64,000 nt of DNA from Clostridia bacterium (lineage in GTDB: Bacteria > Bacillota > Clostridia > Christensenellales > CAG-138): the NCBI GenBank assembly GCA_017619735.1, contig JAFZRT010000012.1, positions 319 through 64,318 on the forward strand. The letters are read 5' to 3'. Shown in pieces: positions 47,477-59,172 of this stretch (the first letter of the stretch is position 1; each line of letters begins with the position of its first letter). The position numbers were made by a program, and so were the translations under genes. The notes beneath the pieces were generated by a model. That model ran no database searches. It saw only the letters and a program-made list of their open reading frames with translations, and was not told the origin of the DNA.

Positions 47477-47698
47477 TCAGTTCTTTGCACGCCAGGTGAT
47501 GCGGCCGCGGGTAAGGTCGTAGGGAGAGAGCTCGACTGTGACCTTGTCGCCGGTCAAAATACGGATGAAGTTCTGACGAAGCTTGCCCGAAATGGTGGCG
47601 ATTATCCTATGCCCGTTTTCAAGCGTGACTTCGAACATGGTGTTGGGGAAAGTGTTGGTTACGATGCCTTCTACTTCGATAACATCCTGCTTGGACAT
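47477..47698 (-). CDS. infA: Translation initiation factor IF-1
   Basis: [24 protein letters not shown]. Confidence 0.98.
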   Translation of the reverse strand: MSKQDVIEVEGIVTNTFPNTMFEVTLENGHRIIATISGKLRQNFIRILTGDKVTVELSPYDLTRGRITWRAKN

Positions 47699-47716
47699 TC
47701 ACAAGCCTCCTTCTTT

Positions 47717-48058
47717 TCAAAGATCACAGTTTAGGTCCTGCCTGACCCTTTTCAGTGAATGGATGATAAGCGAATCATCCACACGCCGCCCCTCAAGAAG
47801 CAGCTTCGCGATCTCATCGTCCCTCTCCGGAAGGAGGGTGAGATGCTTCGGCTTCTTGGCCTTGGGCTTCGTGACGGGCCGCCTTTTGCCGTCGCAGAGG
47901 AGCAGGAGCTCCGCCCCTTCCCCGCTTTTCATGGTTCCGGTCACCAAATATATTTTGCCGGAATCGTGCCCGCAGCGGGACACGGCATAGTGCCCAAGGA
48001 CGTTTTTGCTGCCTTCAGGACCCGATAAAAGGCCATAACTGCAAGAATTATTGCACAT
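47717..48058 (-). CDS. KOW/L14e-like RNA-binding protein
   Basis: SRCGHDSGK, DGKRRPVTKPKAKKPKHL; conserved map-infA position. Confidence 0.8.
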   Translation of the reverse strand: MCNNSCSYGLLSGPEGSKNVLGHYAVSRCGHDSGKIYLVTGTMKSGEGAELLLLCDGKRRPVTKPKAKKPKHLTLLPERDDEIAKLLLEGRRVDDSLIIHSLKRVRQDLNCDL

Positions 48059-48108
48059 TTTGGAACCTCCGTTCGGAATACATGACGCAACTGATTAATG
48101 ATATCACA

Positions 48109-48876
48109 TTATTGCACTAATGTCAATACCTCGGGAGATTCTTTTCCGACGATAACGGTATTCTCGTAATGGGCGCTGGGCTTGCCGTCCGCGGCGGACG
48201 CGGTCCACCCGTCGGCGGCGATAACGATGCGCCAGGTGCCGAGATTTATCATGGGTTCGATGGCGAGCGTCATGCCCTCGTAAAGCTTGGCGCCGCGGCC
48301 CATCCTGATATCGACGTAGTTGGGGACCTCCGGGGGCTCGTGCATGCTGGTACCGATGCCGTGACCGACCATGTCGCGCACGACGCCGTAGCCGTACTCC
48401 TTGGCATGGTTCTCCACAGCCCTCGCGATGTCGATGAGGTGGTTCCCCTCTATCGCCTGCGCGGCGCCGAGGAAGAAGCACTCCTTCGTGACTTCGACGA
48501 GCTTCCTGACCTCCGGCGCGACATTGCCGACGAGGAACGTCCTCGCCGCGTCGCCGTGCCAGCCGTCCACTATCGCGCCGCAGTCGATACTGATGATGTC
48601 GCCGTCCTTCAGCTTCACCTTCTTGGAGGGGATGCCGTGGACGACCTGCTCGTTGACGGAGGTGCAGATCGAAGCGGGATACCCGTTGTAGTGCAGGAAC
48701 GAGGGTATTCCGCCGTTTTTGCGGATAAAGACCTCCGCCTCGCGGTCGAGCTCATAGGTCGAGATACCCGCCTCGACGAGTTTTTCGAGGTGGTTCAGCG
48801 TCTCGCCGACGAGCCTGCCGGCGACGCGCATCTTATCGAGCTGCGAATGTGATTTTATCGTGATCCTTTCAGACAT
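48109..48876 (-). CDS. map: Methionine aminopeptidase type I
   Basis: VVHGIP, DAART, GHGIG..MHE, IEPM, AHYEN. Confidence 0.96.
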   Translation of the reverse strand: MSERITIKSHSQLDKMRVAGRLVGETLNHLEKLVEAGISTYELDREAEVFIRKNGGIPSFLHYNGYPASICTSVNEQVVHGIPSKKVKLKDGDIISIDCGAIVDGWHGDAARTFLVGNVAPEVRKLVEVTKECFFLGAAQAIEGNHLIDIARAVENHAKEYGYGVVRDMVGHGIGTSMHEPPEVPNYVDIRMGRGAKLYEGMTLAIEPMINLGTWRIVIAADGWTASAADGKPSAHYENTVIVGKESPEVLTLVQ

Positions 48877-48962
48877 TTTCATCCTCCGCGGGGCCGCCCT
48901 CCAAAACGCTTAAGGGCGCAGGAAACAGGCGGTTCCTCCGCTCACATAGTCGGCAGCCGGTA

Positions 48963-49622
48963 TCAGTTGTCGACGTCGTCGCCCCTGTAGGGGTCTTCCT
49001 CTTCGAACAGGTCGAAGATCTTCTGCGCGACCTCCTCCACGGCGCCGTTGCCGTCGATCCTGGAGAGCAGTCCCCTGCCATCGAAGAAATCGATGAGCGG
49101 GAATGTCTGCTCGGCATAGACCTCGAGGCGGTGCTTCACCGTTTCGGGCTTGTCGTCGTCCCTTGCCGCGAGGCGCGTGCCGCACTCGCTGCAGTAGAAC
49201 TCGTCGCCCTCATCGATATCCACGCTGTAGGTGCGCTTGCAGGCGGGGCACACGCGGCGCCTTGCCATGCGGTCGATGATGCTCTCGTCGGGGACCTCTA
49301 TGCAGACGGCCCTGTCGATGTCCGAGAACGTAAGGAGGCTTTCCGCCTGCGCGATAGTGCGGGGGAAGCCGTCGAGCAAAAAGCCGTTCTCGCAGTCGGG
49401 CTGCTGTATGCGGTTCCGGACCATGCCGATAATTATCTCATCGGGGACGAGTTCGCCCTCGTCTATCAGGGCTTTTGCCCTGATCCCGAGGGGAGTCTCA
49501 GAAGCGATTTCAGCCCGCAGCATATCTCCGGTGGAGATATGTGCGAGCGAATATCGTTCAGCTATCCTGGCCGCCTGGGTGCCTTTACCGGCACCCGGCG
49601 GGCCTAAAAGTATTAGCTTCAT
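48963..49622 (-). CDS. adk: Adenylate kinase
   Basis: GPPGAGKGTQ, STGDMLR, LDGFPRT, Zn LID CxxC..CxxC. Confidence 0.96.
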   Translation of the reverse strand: MKLILLGPPGAGKGTQAARIAERYSLAHISTGDMLRAEIASETPLGIRAKALIDEGELVPDEIIIGMVRNRIQQPDCENGFLLDGFPRTIAQAESLLTFSDIDRAVCIEVPDESIIDRMARRRVCPACKRTYSVDIDEGDEFYCSECGTRLAARDDDKPETVKHRLEVYAEQTFPLIDFFDGRGLLSRIDGNGAVEEVAQKIFDLFEEEDPYRGDDVDN

Positions 49623-49638
49623 ATTGAGCTTTTCTCCC

Positions 49639-51003
49639 TTAACCGAGGAAGCCCTTGTAATGACGCATCAGCAGGAGCGAGTCGAGCTGCTCCGCGGTCT
49701 CCAGCGCGACGGAAACCATAATGAGGATGGAGGTCGGGCCGAAGTGGCTGAGGAGGTCAACGCCCAGGATCTTGAGCAGTATGGACGGGATGATGGCGAT
49801 CAGGCAGAGGAACAGCGCGCCGAACATGGTCAGACGGCTGGACTTTCTCTGCAGATAATCGCTGGTGGGCTTGCCGGGACGGATGCCCGGGATGAAGCCG
49901 CCGTTCTGCTGCAGGTTCTTGGAGATCTCCACAGGATTGAAGCTGATGGAGGAGTAGAAGTACGCGAATCCGATGATGAGCAGACCGTAGAGGATGTAGT
50001 AGATCGCGACGCCAAGGGGCTTCTCGCTGGAGGAGCTCAGATAGTTCCTGACGAAGGTCGGGAACGCGGCGTTCTCATTGGACCAGAACTGGGCGATCAT
50101 AGCCGGGACCTGGAGGAGAGTCATGGCGAAGATCAGCGGCATAACGCCGTTGGCATTCGCCTTCATCGGGATATGCGTGGACTGACCGCCGTAAAGCTTG
50201 CGGCCGACCACGCGCTTGGCGTACTGAACGGGTACGCGGCGGACCGCCCTGTCAACAAGGCAGATACCGGCGACCAGTATCACGGTCACCAGCAGCGCCA
50301 CGAGGGGCGCCCACCAGCGGAGCAGACCGAACTCCGTGTTGGAGATGTAGGAAGTGCTCCAGGGGAGGATCTCCCAATAACGGAATATCCTTACGAACAC
50401 GTCGGGAACGGAAGCCACGATGGATGCGAAGATCAGCATCGAGATACCGTTGCCGATACCCTTTTCGGTGATGCGCTCGCCCATCCACATAAGGAACGCG
50501 GTACCTGCAGTACAGCAGATGGCGATCGTGATGTAGGTGATAACGAGGTTGGCGGAATCGCTCTTGAAGAGCTTCAGCGTATTCAGGATCGAGCTGGACG
50601 TCGCGTTCTGCAGCGTCACGATGATGGTGATCGACTGAATGGCTGCGAGGCCGATACCGACATAGCGGGTGATCTTCTCGATCTTCTGCCTGCCGTCCTC
50701 TTCCTTGGAAAGGCGCTCGAGGGCGGGGATGGCGATCGTGAGGAGCTGGATAATAATGGAACCCGTGATGTAGGGAGAAATACCCATTGCAAACAGGGAG
50801 AACTGGCTGAGGGATCCGCCGCTGAAGAGGTTCAGGAATCCGAGCAGGTCATAGTTCTTGATGTTTGCGGCCAGCGCCGTTGCGTTGACGCCGGGGATGG
50901 GGATGAACGAACCAAGACGGTAGATGACGATGAGCAGGAGGGTGAAAAGCATCTTTGTACGGATGTCCTTGACCTTCCATGCATTGATGAATGTCTTAAA
51001 CAT
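49639..51003 (-). CDS. secY: Preprotein translocase SecY
   Basis: GISPYITGSII, GIGNGIS, IPGIRPG. Confidence 0.98.
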   Translation of the reverse strand: MFKTFINAWKVKDIRTKMLFTLLLIVIYRLGSFIPIPGVNATALAANIKNYDLLGFLNLFSGGSLSQFSLFAMGISPYITGSIIIQLLTIAIPALERLSKEEDGRQKIEKITRYVGIGLAAIQSITIIVTLQNATSSSILNTLKLFKSDSANLVITYITIAICCTAGTAFLMWMGERITEKGIGNGISMLIFASIVASVPDVFVRIFRYWEILPWSTSYISNTEFGLLRWWAPLVALLVTVILVAGICLVDRAVRRVPVQYAKRVVGRKLYGGQSTHIPMKANANGVMPLIFAMTLLQVPAMIAQFWSNENAAFPTFVRNYLSSSSEKPLGVAIYYILYGLLIIGFAYFYSSISFNPVEISKNLQQNGGFIPGIRPGKPTSDYLQRKSSRLTMFGALFLCLIAIIPSILLKILGVDLLSHFGPTSILIMVSVALETAEQLDSLLLMRHYKGFLG

Positions 51004-51443
51004 TACTCCACCTCAACAGTTCCGCCGGCAGCAACGATAGCGTTACGGGCTGATTCCGAGACCTTAGCCGCCTTAACGGTAAGGTTCTTTGTAAGCTTGC
51101 CACGACCCAGAACTTTGAGTCCGTCCTTTTCGATCTTGCGGATCACGCCCGCCTCATAGAGGTACTCGGCGGTGATCACGGTGCCGTTATCGAACTGCTC
51201 GAGGGATTCGAGGTTGATAACCGTGTATTCCTTAGCAAAGTTGTTATGGAAACCGCGCTTCGGGAGCCTGCGGGGAAGGGGCATCTGGCCGCCTTCGAAA
51301 CCGTTCTTCTTGGCGCCGGAACGGGCCTTCTGACCCTTATGGCCGTAGCCGGAGGTCTTGCCGATACCGGAACCGGTACCGCGGCCGACGCGCTTCTTTG
51401 CTGCAGTGGAACCAACTGTGGGCTGTAACTCGTGAAGTTTCAT
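51003..51443 (-). CDS. rplO: 50S ribosomal protein L15
   Basis: [19 protein letters not shown]. Confidence 0.97.
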   Translation of the reverse strand: MKLHELQPTVGSTAAKKRVGRGTGSGIGKTSGYGHKGQKARSGAKKNGFEGGQMPLPRRLPKRGFHNNFAKEYTVINLESLEQFDNGTVITAEYLYEAGVIRKIEKDGLKVLGRGKLTKNLTVKAAKVSESARNAIVAAGGTVEVE

Positions 51444-51457
51444 TTCTGCACCTCCAA

Positions 51458-51637
51458 TCAGACTTCTTCCACCTTGACAAGGTGCTTTACTTTGAAGATC
51501 ATGCCACGGATGCAGGGATTGTCGGGCTTGATGACCGTGGAGTGGACCTTGTGGAGACCCAGCGCCTTTACGGTAGCCTGCTGATCCTTGAGTGCACCGA
51601 TGGTGCTCTTTACCAATTCGATTTTAAGGTTTGCCAT
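51458..51637 (-). CDS. rpmD: 50S ribosomal protein L30
   Basis: [23 protein letters not shown]. Confidence 0.95.
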   Translation of the reverse strand: MANLKIELVKSTIGALKDQQATVKALGLHKVHSTVIKPDNPCIRGMIFKVKHLVKVEEV

Positions 51638-51650
51638 TGCTTTTTCCCCC

Positions 51651-52160
51651 TTATTCGGTGATCTCGGCAACGGACTTGCCGCGGAGCTTGGCTATCTCCT
51701 CGGCAGTCCTGAGCTGCTTGAGGCCGTCCAAGGTCGCCTTGACGCAGTTGGCGGGATTGTTGGAACCGTAGCTCTTGGTACGGATATCCTTGATGCCGGC
51801 CATCTCGAGGACCGCACGGACGGGACCGCCCGCGATAACGCCGGTACCTTCTTCAGCGGGGAGCATGCGGACATGGCCCTTGGAGAACTTGCCCTCGACA
51901 GCGTGAGGGATGGTGGTCCCGACGATGGGAACATTGATGAGGTGACGCTTCGCATCCTCGACGCCCTTGCGGACGGCTTCGGGGATCTCAGCGGCCTTGC
52001 CGGTGCCGACGCCTACCCTGCCCTTCTCATCGCCGATAACGATGAGCGCGGCAAAACGGAAGGTACGACCGCCCTTAACGACCTTGGCAACACGGTTGAC
52101 CGCCACAAGGCGCTCCTGAAATTCCGGGACTTCCGGAGTGAAATTACGCTTCTGCTGCAT
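51651..52160 (-). CDS. rpsE: 30S ribosomal protein S5
   Basis: [18 protein letters not shown]. Confidence 0.97.
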   Translation of the reverse strand: MQQKRNFTPEVPEFQERLVAVNRVAKVVKGGRTFRFAALIVIGDEKGRVGVGTGKAAEIPEAVRKGVEDAKRHLINVPIVGTTIPHAVEGKFSKGHVRMLPAEEGTGVIAGGPVRAVLEMAGIKDIRTKSYGSNNPANCVKATLDGLKQLRTAEEIAKLRGKSVAEITE

Positions 52161-52172
52161 TTTGTTACCTCC

Positions 52173-52541
52173 TTAGAAATCCAGACCACCCTTGCGGGCG
52201 CCGTTTGCCAGTGCCTCGACACGGCCGGTGTAGAGATAGCCGCCGCGGTCGAAAACGACCTTTTCAACGCCCTTGTCCTTGGCGCGCTTGGCGACGGTCT
52301 CACCGACGAGCTCGGCAGCCTGCTTCTTGTCCTTGCCTTCAAGCTGGGTCCTGACCTCGGGATCCATCGTGGAAGCGGAAGCGATGGTGACGCCCGCTAC
52401 GTCGTCGATGACCTGAGCATAGATGTGCTTGAGGCTGCGATATACGTTGAGACGGGGACGCTCAGAGGTGCCGCCGAAATAATGGCGGATACGTGCGTGA
52501 CGCGCGACCCTGACCGCATTCTTGTCAATCTTACTGATCAT
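52173..52541 (-). CDS. rplR: 50S ribosomal protein L18
   Basis: [22 protein letters not shown]. Confidence 0.97.
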   Translation of the reverse strand: MISKIDKNAVRVARHARIRHYFGGTSERPRLNVYRSLKHIYAQVIDDVAGVTIASASTMDPEVRTQLEGKDKKQAAELVGETVAKRAKDKGVEKVVFDRGGYLYTGRVEALANGARKGGLDF

Positions 52542-52554
52542 AGTTTACCTCCAA

Positions 52555-53091
52555 TTACTTACCCGTCTTACCGACCTTGCGGCGTACGAACTCACCGGCA
52601 TAGCGGATGCCCTTGCCCTTGTAGGGCTCGGGAGGACGAACCTCGCGGATGTTCGCAGCGATCTGGCCGACCTTCTGCTTGCTGATACCCTTAACGGTGA
52701 TCCTGTTGGGAGCGGGAACGTCGAAAGTGATGCCGTCCTTCTCCTCAAACTCAACGTTATGGGAATAACCGACTGTGAGAACGAGCTTGTTGCCGCTCTT
52801 CGCAGCCTTGTAACCGGTACCCTCAATCTCGAGCTTCTTCTCGTAGCCGCTGGTAACGCCAACGACCATGTTATTGATAAGTGTACGGGTGAGTCCGTGC
52901 AGGGCACGGTCCTGCTTCTCATCGGTAGGACGCGCTACCTTGAGAGTTCCATCCTCCTCGGTGATGCTCATGCGAGGGGAGACCTTCTCCGAAAGCTGAC
53001 CCTTGGGGCCCTTGACGGTCACGACGTTGTTCTCGACCGTGATTGTCACTCCGCTGGGTACGGTTATCGGATGTTTTCCGATTCGAGACAT
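52555..53091 (-). CDS. rplF: 50S ribosomal protein L6
   Basis: [17 protein letters not shown]. Confidence 0.97.
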   Translation of the reverse strand: MSRIGKHPITVPSGVTITVENNVVTVKGPKGQLSEKVSPRMSITEEDGTLKVARPTDEKQDRALHGLTRTLINNMVVGVTSGYEKKLEIEGTGYKAAKSGNKLVLTVGYSHNVEFEEKDGITFDVPAPNRITVKGISKQKVGQIAANIREVRPPEPYKGKGIRYAGEFVRRKVGKTGK

Positions 53092-53127
53092 TGTTTTACC
53101 TCCGTAAGTATTTGTTGTTGGGTGTCC

Positions 53128-53526
53128 TTACCAGATGTAAGCGAGCACTTCGCCGCCGACGCCGAGCTTCCTGGCCTCACGATCGGTCATGATGCCGCGG
53201 GAGGTGGAAATGATGGCTATGCCGAGTCCGTTCAATACCTTGGGGAGCTTATCCTTGCGGGCATATACGCGGAGACCGGGCTTGGAAACGCGCTTTAAGC
53301 CGGTGATGACGCGCTGCTTGTTGGGGCCGTACTTGAGTACGATGGTCATCATCTTCTCGACGCCTTCCTCGTTGACGGTGTAGGACTTGATGTAACCTTC
53401 GTTGAGGAGAATCTCGGCGATGGCGAGCTTCATGTTGGAAGCGGGCACGTCGACCGTTTCGTGCTTTGCGACCAGCGCATTACGAATGCGGGTGAGCATA
53501 TCAGCAATAGGATCTGTAATAAGCAT
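53128..53526 (-). CDS. rpsH: 30S ribosomal protein S8
   Basis: [20 protein letters not shown]. Confidence 0.97.
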   Translation of the reverse strand: MLITDPIADMLTRIRNALVAKHETVDVPASNMKLAIAEILLNEGYIKSYTVNEEGVEKMMTIVLKYGPNKQRVITGLKRVSKPGLRVYARKDKLPKVLNGLGIAIISTSRGIMTDREARKLGVGGEVLAYIW

Positions 53527-53545
53527 AATGTTCCTCCTTCAAAGA

Positions 53546-53731
53546 TTACCAGCTGGCCTTGCGGACGCCGGGGATCTCGCCCTTGTACGCGAGCTCACGG
53601 AAGCAAACGCGGCAGAGGCCGTACTTCCTGAGAACGGAGTGGGGGCGGCCGCAGATGCGGCAACGGGTGTACGCCCTGGTGGAATACTTGGGTTCACGCT
53701 GCTGCTTGAGCTTCATTGATGTCTTAGCCAT
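53546..53731 (-). CDS. rpsZ: 30S ribosomal protein S14 (Zn type)
   Basis: [22 protein letters not shown]. Confidence 0.96.
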   Translation of the reverse strand: MAKTSMKLKQQREPKYSTRAYTRCRICGRPHSVLRKYGLCRVCFRELAYKGEIPGVRKASW

Positions 53732-53747
53732 GAATTAGTTCCTCCTC

Positions 53748-54371
53748 TCAGGCGTTGATGTTGGTGAAAGGCATGCCGAAGAGCTTAAGGAGTTCCTTCG
53801 CCTCTTCGTCGGTCTTGGCGCTCGTTACGAAAACGATGTCCATACCGCGTACCTTATCGACGTCATCATAGTTGATCTCGGGGAATATCAGCTGCTCTTT
53901 GACGCCCATGGCATAGTTGCCGCGGCCGTCGAAGCTGGTATCGGAAACGCCGCGGAAGTCACGTACGCGGGGCAGTACGATGTTCATGAGCTTATCCATG
54001 AAGTAGTACATGCGGTCTCCGCGGAGGGTGACCTTGGCGCCGATGTTCATGCCCTGACGTACCTTGAAGTTCGCAACGGACTTCTTGGCCTTGGTGATGA
54101 CGGGCTTCTGACCGGCGATCTGACCGAGCTGCTCGAGAGCGGCGTCGATGGCCTTGGGGTTATCCTTGTCGGAGCCCAGACCCATGTTGAGAACGATCTT
54201 CTCAAGCTTGGGGATCATCATCTTGTTGGGGTAGTTGAACTTCTCGTGCATGGCGGGAGCAACTTCCTCGTTGTACTTGACCCTGAGGCGGGCGGGTTCG
54301 GTGAAAGCGGCAGCTTCCTGCTGGCCCTTCTTCTTCTTGGCGGGGGCCTGAGCCTGTTCCTTCTTAGCCAT
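53748..54371 (-). CDS. rplE: 50S ribosomal protein L5
   Basis: [23 protein letters not shown]. Confidence 0.97.
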   Translation of the reverse strand: MAKKEQAQAPAKKKKGQQEAAAFTEPARLRVKYNEEVAPAMHEKFNYPNKMMIPKLEKIVLNMGLGSDKDNPKAIDAALEQLGQIAGQKPVITKAKKSVANFKVRQGMNIGAKVTLRGDRMYYFMDKLMNIVLPRVRDFRGVSDTSFDGRGNYAMGVKEQLIFPEINYDDVDKVRGMDIVFVTSAKTDEEAKELLKLFGMPFTNINA

Positions 54372-54382
54372 TACTGTCCTCC

Positions 54383-54715
54383 TCAGTCAATGTTCTTGCC
54401 GCAGTTCTTGCAAACGCGGACCTTATTCATCTTGCCGTCCTTGCCTTCTACGAAGGTATGGCCGACGCGGGTGGGCTTTTTGCAGGAGGGGCAGACCAGC
54501 ATCACGTTGGAAACGTGGATGGTGCCTTCCTTTTCGATCCTGCCGCCCTGTTCACCCTGCTGACGGGGCTTAGTATGGCGGATGACCATTGCACGACCCT
54601 GTACGACAACGCGCTCTGCGGAGGGGTCGACCTTCAAGACCTTACCGGTCTTGCCGACGTCCTTGAGGTTGTTGCCGGCAATAACCATAACGGTGTCGCC
54701 TTTTTTAATGTTCAT
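54383..54715 (-). CDS. rplX: 50S ribosomal protein L24
   Basis: KKGDTV.VIAG, IHVSNVM. Confidence 0.96.
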   Translation of the reverse strand: MNIKKGDTVMVIAGNNLKDVGKTGKVLKVDPSAERVVVQGRAMVIRHTKPRQQGEQGGRIEKEGTIHVSNVMLVCPSCKKPTRVGHTFVEGKDGKMNKVRVCKNCGKNID

Positions 54716-54727
54716 AGCATATCCTCC

Positions 54728-55096
54728 TTACAGAACCTCGGGTGCGAGGGAGACTATCTTCATATAGTCTTTTTCACGAAGCTCCCTGGCGACCGGCCCG
54801 AAGATACGGGTGCCGCGGGGCTGCTTCTGATCGTTGATGATGACTGCTGCGTTATCGTCGAAGCGGATATGGGAGCCGTCATGGCGCTGTACGCCGGTAA
54901 CGGTGCGGACAACGACCGCCTTGACGACGTCCTTCTTCTTGACGGCGCCGCCGGGGGTGGCCGTCTTGACGGAAGCAACGATCACGTCGCCGATGCTTGC
55001 GAACTTCCTCTTGGAGCCGCCCAGCACACGGATGCACATGATCTCTTTAGCGCCGGAGTTGTCGGCGACCTTTAACCTAGTCTGTGGCTGAATCAT
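54728..55096 (-). CDS. rplN: 50S ribosomal protein L14
   Basis: [23 protein letters not shown]. Confidence 0.98.
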   Translation of the reverse strand: MIQPQTRLKVADNSGAKEIMCIRVLGGSKRKFASIGDVIVASVKTATPGGAVKKKDVVKAVVVRTVTGVQRHDGSHIRFDDNAAVIINDQKQPRGTRIFGPVARELREKDYMKIVSLAPEVL

Positions 55097-55111
55097 AATT
55101 TACCTCCAAGA

Positions 55112-55384
55112 TTACTTAGCCTTCTCGATGATCTCGACGACGCGCCAGCGCTTATCCTTGGAAAGCGGACGGGTCTCCATGATGCGGACGGTATCGCCGA
55201 TGCCGCAGTCATTGTTCTCATCGTGAGCCTTGAACTTTGTGGTCTTGTTGACCATCTTGCCGTAGAGGGGGTGACGAACCTTGGTACGGACGGCGACGAC
55301 GACGGTCTTATCCATCTTATCGCTGATGACGATACCGGTGCGGGTCTTACGGTAACCCCTTACGAGGGTCTCATTGTTTTCCAT
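55112..55384 (-). CDS. rpsQ: 30S ribosomal protein S17
   Basis: [18 protein letters not shown]. Confidence 0.97.
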   Translation of the reverse strand: MENNETLVRGYRKTRTGIVISDKMDKTVVVAVRTKVRHPLYGKMVNKTTKFKAHDENNDCGIGDTVRIMETRPLSKDKRWRVVEIIEKAK

Positions 55385-55402
55385 AATTCTTTACCTCCCT
55401 CA

Positions 55403-55606
55403 TTAGTTGGCGGCCAGACGCTCGTTGAGGACCGTCTTGACCCTTGCGATGTCACGCTTGCACTCGCCCAAACGCATGGGGTTTGCGAGCTGACCTATCG
55501 CCTGCTGGAAGCGGAGATTGAAAAGCTCTTCCTTGAGCTCCTTCTCGCGAGCCTGAAGCTCCTCGACGGACAGCTCCTTCAGCTTCTGGAATTCCTTAGT
55601 CTTCAT
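55403..55606 (-). CDS. rpmC: 50S ribosomal protein L29
   Basis: [15 protein letters not shown]. Confidence 0.96.
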   Translation of the reverse strand: MKTKEFQKLKELSVEELQAREKELKEELFNLRFQQAIGQLANPMRLGECKRDIARVKTVLNERLAAN

Positions 55607-56024
55607 TGGACTCTACCTCCACCTTCTTAACGATCTTGCACTTGAGGGGCAGCTTGTGGATAGCGAGACGGAGAGCTTCCCTGGAGGTCGCTTCGTCGGT
55701 GCCGGCGATCTCGAACATGACGCGGCCGGGCTTAACGACTGCTACCCAGTATTCGGGCGAGCCCTTACCGGAACCCATTCGGGTCTCAGCGGGCTTCTCG
55801 GTAACGGGCTTGTCGGGGAAGATCTTGACCCAGACCTGGCCGTTACGCTTGATGAAACGTGTCATGGCGACACGGGCTGCCTCGATCTGGTTGCTGGTGA
55901 CCCATGCGGGCTCCAGAGCGACGAGACCAAATTCACCGTAAGTGACGGTATTTCCGCGCAGAGCCTTGCCCTTCATGCGGCCACGATGGACCCTCCTGCG
56001 CTTTACTCTCTTAGGCATCAACAT
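55596..56024 (-). CDS. rplP: 50S ribosomal protein L16
   Basis: QIEAAR, RMGSGKG. Confidence 0.97.
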   Translation of the reverse strand: MLMPKRVKRRRVHRGRMKGKALRGNTVTYGEFGLVALEPAWVTSNQIEAARVAMTRFIKRNGQVWVKIFPDKPVTEKPAETRMGSGKGSPEYWVAVVKPGRVMFEIAGTDEATSREALRLAIHKLPLKCKIVKKVEVESNED

Positions 56025-56039
56025 AGTTTACTCGCCTCC

Positions 56040-56690
56040 TTACGCTTTCTTGGCGTTCCTCTTGCCGAGGACCTCGCCCTTATAGACCCAAACCTTGACG
56101 CCGATGCGGCCGTAGGTGGTCGCAGCTTCGGCAAAGCCGTACTCGATGTCCGCACGGATGGTCTGACGGGGAATGGAACCGTCGTGAACATCCTCGCTCC
56201 TGGCGATCTCCGCGCCGCCCAGACGGCCCGCGCAGGTGATCTTGATGCCCTTCGCGCCCGCCTTCATGGCACGGCCCATGGCCTGCTTCATGGCGCGGCG
56301 GTAAGAGGTGCGCTTCTCGAGCGCGCCGGCGATGTTCTCAGCGACGAGCTGAGCGCATGCGTCGGGATTGCGGATCTCCATGATGTTGACGTTGACGGGA
56401 CGGCCGACGAGCTGGTTGAGCTCGGACTTGATGGCCTCGACGCCGACGCCGCCCTTGCCGATCAGCATGCCGGGACGGGCGGTGAAGATGGAGACGGTCG
56501 CCTTGTCGGCGGCGCGCTCGATCTCTACCTTGGAGACGCTTGCTTCGTAATACTTCTTCTTGAGGAACTTGCGGATCTTGTTATCCTCAATCAGATAATC
56601 TGAGAAATTCTTCTTGTTGGCATACCAACGTGTGTTCCAACCCCTGATAACGCCTACACGGAAGCCATTCGGATTAACTTTCTGACCCAT
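56040..56690 (-). CDS. rpsC: 30S ribosomal protein S3
   Basis: [24 protein letters not shown]. Confidence 0.97.
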   Translation of the reverse strand: MGQKVNPNGFRVGVIRGWNTRWYANKKNFSDYLIEDNKIRKFLKKKYYEASVSKVEIERAADKATVSIFTARPGMLIGKGGVGVEAIKSELNQLVGRPVNVNIMEIRNPDACAQLVAENIAGALEKRTSYRRAMKQAMGRAMKAGAKGIKITCAGRLGGAEIARSEDVHDGSIPRQTIRADIEYGFAEAATTYGRIGVKVWVYKGEVLGKRNAKKA

Positions 56691-56693
56691 AAT

Positions 56694-57080
56694 TTACTCC
56701 TTCTCGTCCAGAATAACGGTGATGTGGCTGGTGCGCTTCCTGATGTGGAAGGCGGAACCCCTTGCCCTGGGGCGATAACGCTTGAGCGTCGGGCCCTGGT
56801 TGGCGAAGATCTCCGCAACGTAGAGATTGTCCTTCGAAAGCTCGAGGTTGTTCTCGGCGTTTGCGATCGCACTGCGGAGCACCTTGAGGACGGGCTCAGC
56901 CGCAGCCTTGGGGGTGTAGAGGAGTATCGCCTCAGCCTCTTCGACTGACTTGCCGCGGATAAGGTCGATGACGACCTTGACCTTACGGGAGGAAATACGG
57001 ATATACCTTGCGGTGGCGTGGGGACGCTTTTCGGCGTTTTCGCGACGCTGAGCCGCTTTTTCCTTAGACCTTGTTGCCAT
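56694..57080 (-). CDS. rplV: 50S ribosomal protein L22
   Basis: [21 protein letters not shown]. Confidence 0.97.
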   Translation of the reverse strand: MATRSKEKAAQRRENAEKRPHATARYIRISSRKVKVVIDLIRGKSVEEAEAILLYTPKAAAEPVLKVLRSAIANAENNLELSKDNLYVAEIFANQGPTLKRYRPRARGSAFHIRKRTSHITVILDEKE

Positions 57081-57100
57081 AAATCTCTTTTCCTCCTATC

Positions 57101-57382
57101 TTACTTGCCGCGCGTGGTCTTCTCGGAGCCGCGATGGCCGCGGAAGGTGCGGGTGGGGGCGAATTCGCCCAGCTTATGACCGACCATATCCTCGGTGATA
57201 TAGACGGGAACATGCTTCTTTCCGTCGTGAACGGCGATGGTGTGACCGACCATATCGGGGAAGATGGTGGATGCTCTGGACCATGTCTTGATAACGGTCT
57301 TCTTACCGGTCTGGTTCATTTCCTGGATGCGGGCAAGAAGCCTGTCGGACACGAACGGTCCCTTTTTGACTGACCTACTCAT
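57101..57382 (-). CDS. rpsS: 30S ribosomal protein S19
   Basis: [16 protein letters not shown]. Confidence 0.98.
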   Translation of the reverse strand: MSRSVKKGPFVSDRLLARIQEMNQTGKKTVIKTWSRASTIFPDMVGHTIAVHDGKKHVPVYITEDMVGHKLGEFAPTRTFRGHRGSEKTTRGK

Positions 57383-57402
57383 TTATTTATCCTCCCTCTT
57401 GA

Positions 57403-58236
57403 TTATTTGCCGTTCCTGCGGCGTACGATGAACTTGTCGTTGACGTTCTTGGTCCTGCGGGTCTTATGACCGAGCGCGGGCTTGCCCCAAGGAGTCACAG
57501 GGCCGGGACGGCCGATCGGGCTCTTGCCCTCGCCGCCGCCGTGGGGATGGTCGTTCGGGTTCATGACGGAGCCGCGGACCGTGGGACGGATGCCCATGTG
57601 GCGCTTGCGGCCGGCCTTGCCGAGCATGATGTTGGCAAAGTCGATGTTGCCGACCTGACCGATCGTGGCCTTGCAGCCGAGGGGGATGAGCCTGACCTCG
57701 CCGCTGGGAAGACGTACCTGAGCGTACTTGCCTTCCTTAGCCATGAGCTGAGCGGCGTTGCCGGCGGACCTGACGAGCTGAGCGCCCTTGCCGGGGAGCA
57801 GCTCGATGCAGTGGATCATCGTGCCGACGGGGATGTTCTTGAGGGGGATCGCGTTGCCGATCTTGATATCGGCGCCTTCGCCGGAAACGACGGTATCGCC
57901 GACGTTAAGGCCGAAGGGAGCGATGATGTAGCGCTTTTCGCCATCCGCATAGTGCAGAAGAGCGATGTTCGCGGAACGGTTGGGATCGTACTCGATGGTG
58001 GCGACCTTGGCGGGAACGTTGTCCTTGTTGCGCTTGAAGTCGATTATGCGGTAGTAGACCCTGCCGCCGCCGCCGATGTGGCGGGTGGTGATGCGTCCGC
58101 GGTTGTTGCGGCCGCCGGTACGCTTCTTCGCCTCGAGCAGGGAACGCTCGGGAGTGGTGCAGGTGATCTCCTCATACATGGAGACCGTCATGAAACGCTG
58201 ACCGGGGGTCGTGGGCTTTATTTTCCTAATAGCCAT
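57403..58236 (-). CDS. rplB: 50S ribosomal protein L2
   Basis: [21 protein letters not shown]. Confidence 0.98.
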   Translation of the reverse strand: MAIRKIKPTTPGQRFMTVSMYEEITCTTPERSLLEAKKRTGGRNNRGRITTRHIGGGGRVYYRIIDFKRNKDNVPAKVATIEYDPNRSANIALLHYADGEKRYIIAPFGLNVGDTVVSGEGADIKIGNAIPLKNIPVGTMIHCIELLPGKGAQLVRSAGNAAQLMAKEGKYAQVRLPSGEVRLIPLGCKATIGQVGNIDFANIMLGKAGRKRHMGIRPTVRGSVMNPNDHPHGGGEGKSPIGRPGPVTPWGKPALGHKTRRTKNVNDKFIVRRRNGK

Positions 58237-58248
58237 CTTAACTCCTCC

Positions 58249-58542
58249 TTACTGCATGCTGTCGAAGAACTCGATACCCTTGGAGTTCTCCTTGAGCGTG
58301 ACATAAGCCTTCTTGGTGGAGGCGCGGCGGCCTTCAAAGCGGCCCTGCCTCTTGACCTTACCGATCCTGTTGACGACGTTGACCTTTTCGACCTCTACGC
58401 CGGCAAACACGGCTTCAATAGCCTGCTTGATCTCGGTCTTGTTAGCCCTCTTGTCGACTATGAAGGTGTAGGTCTTATCGCCTATCATGTCGTAGCTCTT
58501 CTCGGAGAGAACGGGGCGGATGATTATATCGTGGTAATTCAT
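58249..58542 (-). CDS. rplW: 50S ribosomal protein L23
   Basis: P..SEKS, ANKTEIK, KKAYVTL. Confidence 0.96.
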   Translation of the reverse strand: MNYHDIIIRPVLSEKSYDMIGDKTYTFIVDKRANKTEIKQAIEAVFAGVEVEKVNVVNRIGKVKRQGRFEGRRASTKKAYVTLKENSKGIEFFDSMQ

Positions 58543-59159
58543 GCGTATACCTCCTCGATCTTGCCGGCGGCTTCCTTGGTGATAACAAGGGTGTCGTGCT
58601 TAAGGATCTCATAGGTGTTGAGAGCGCCGACGAAGGAGATCTCGACGCCTTCGATGTTGCGGGCGGACTTCACGACGTTCTCGTCGTTCTCAGCAAGAAC
58701 GATCAGGGGCTTAACGGCCTTGAGAGCGTTGAGGGACTTCGCCATTTCCTTCGTCTTGATCTCGTTCATCTCGATCGCGTCGACAACGACGATCTTCTCA
58801 TCGGCGACCTTGGAGGAGAGAGCGGAGCAAAGAGCGACGCGCTTCAGCTTCTTGTTGAGGGAGAGACGGTAGTCGCGGGGCTTGGGGGCGAATACTACGC
58901 CGCCGTGGGTCCACTGCGGGGACCTCGTGGAGCCCTGACGGGCGCGGCCGGTGCCCTTCTGACGCCAGGGCTTCTTGCCGCCGCCGGAGACCTCGGCCCT
59001 CGTCTTGGCGCTCTGGGTGCCCTGACGCTGGTTCGCGAGGTAAGCGACTACGTAGGAGTGCATTGCGGAGGCATTGATCTCGGCGCCGAACACGGTCTCA
59101 GCAAGATCGATCGTGCCGATGTTCTCGCCCTTCATGTTATAAAGATTTACATTAGGCAT
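58539..59159 (-). CDS. rplD: 50S ribosomal protein L4
   Basis: [15 protein letters not shown]. Confidence 0.97.
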   Translation of the reverse strand: MPNVNLYNMKGENIGTIDLAETVFGAEINASAMHSYVVAYLANQRQGTQSAKTRAEVSGGGKKPWRQKGTGRARQGSTRSPQWTHGGVVFAPKPRDYRLSLNKKLKRVALCSALSSKVADEKIVVVDAIEMNEIKTKEMAKSLNALKAVKPLIVLAENDENVVKSARNIEGVEISFVGALNTYEILKHDTLVITKEAAGKIEEVYA

Positions 59160-59172
59160 TGTTCTGTCCTCC

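Noticed and set aside
49231-51159. 642-aa plus-strand ORF, and similar ones at 40635-42536, 33191-34582 and 57466-58614
   Set aside because: Shadow frames opposite secY, the ABC subunit, dnaB and rplB.
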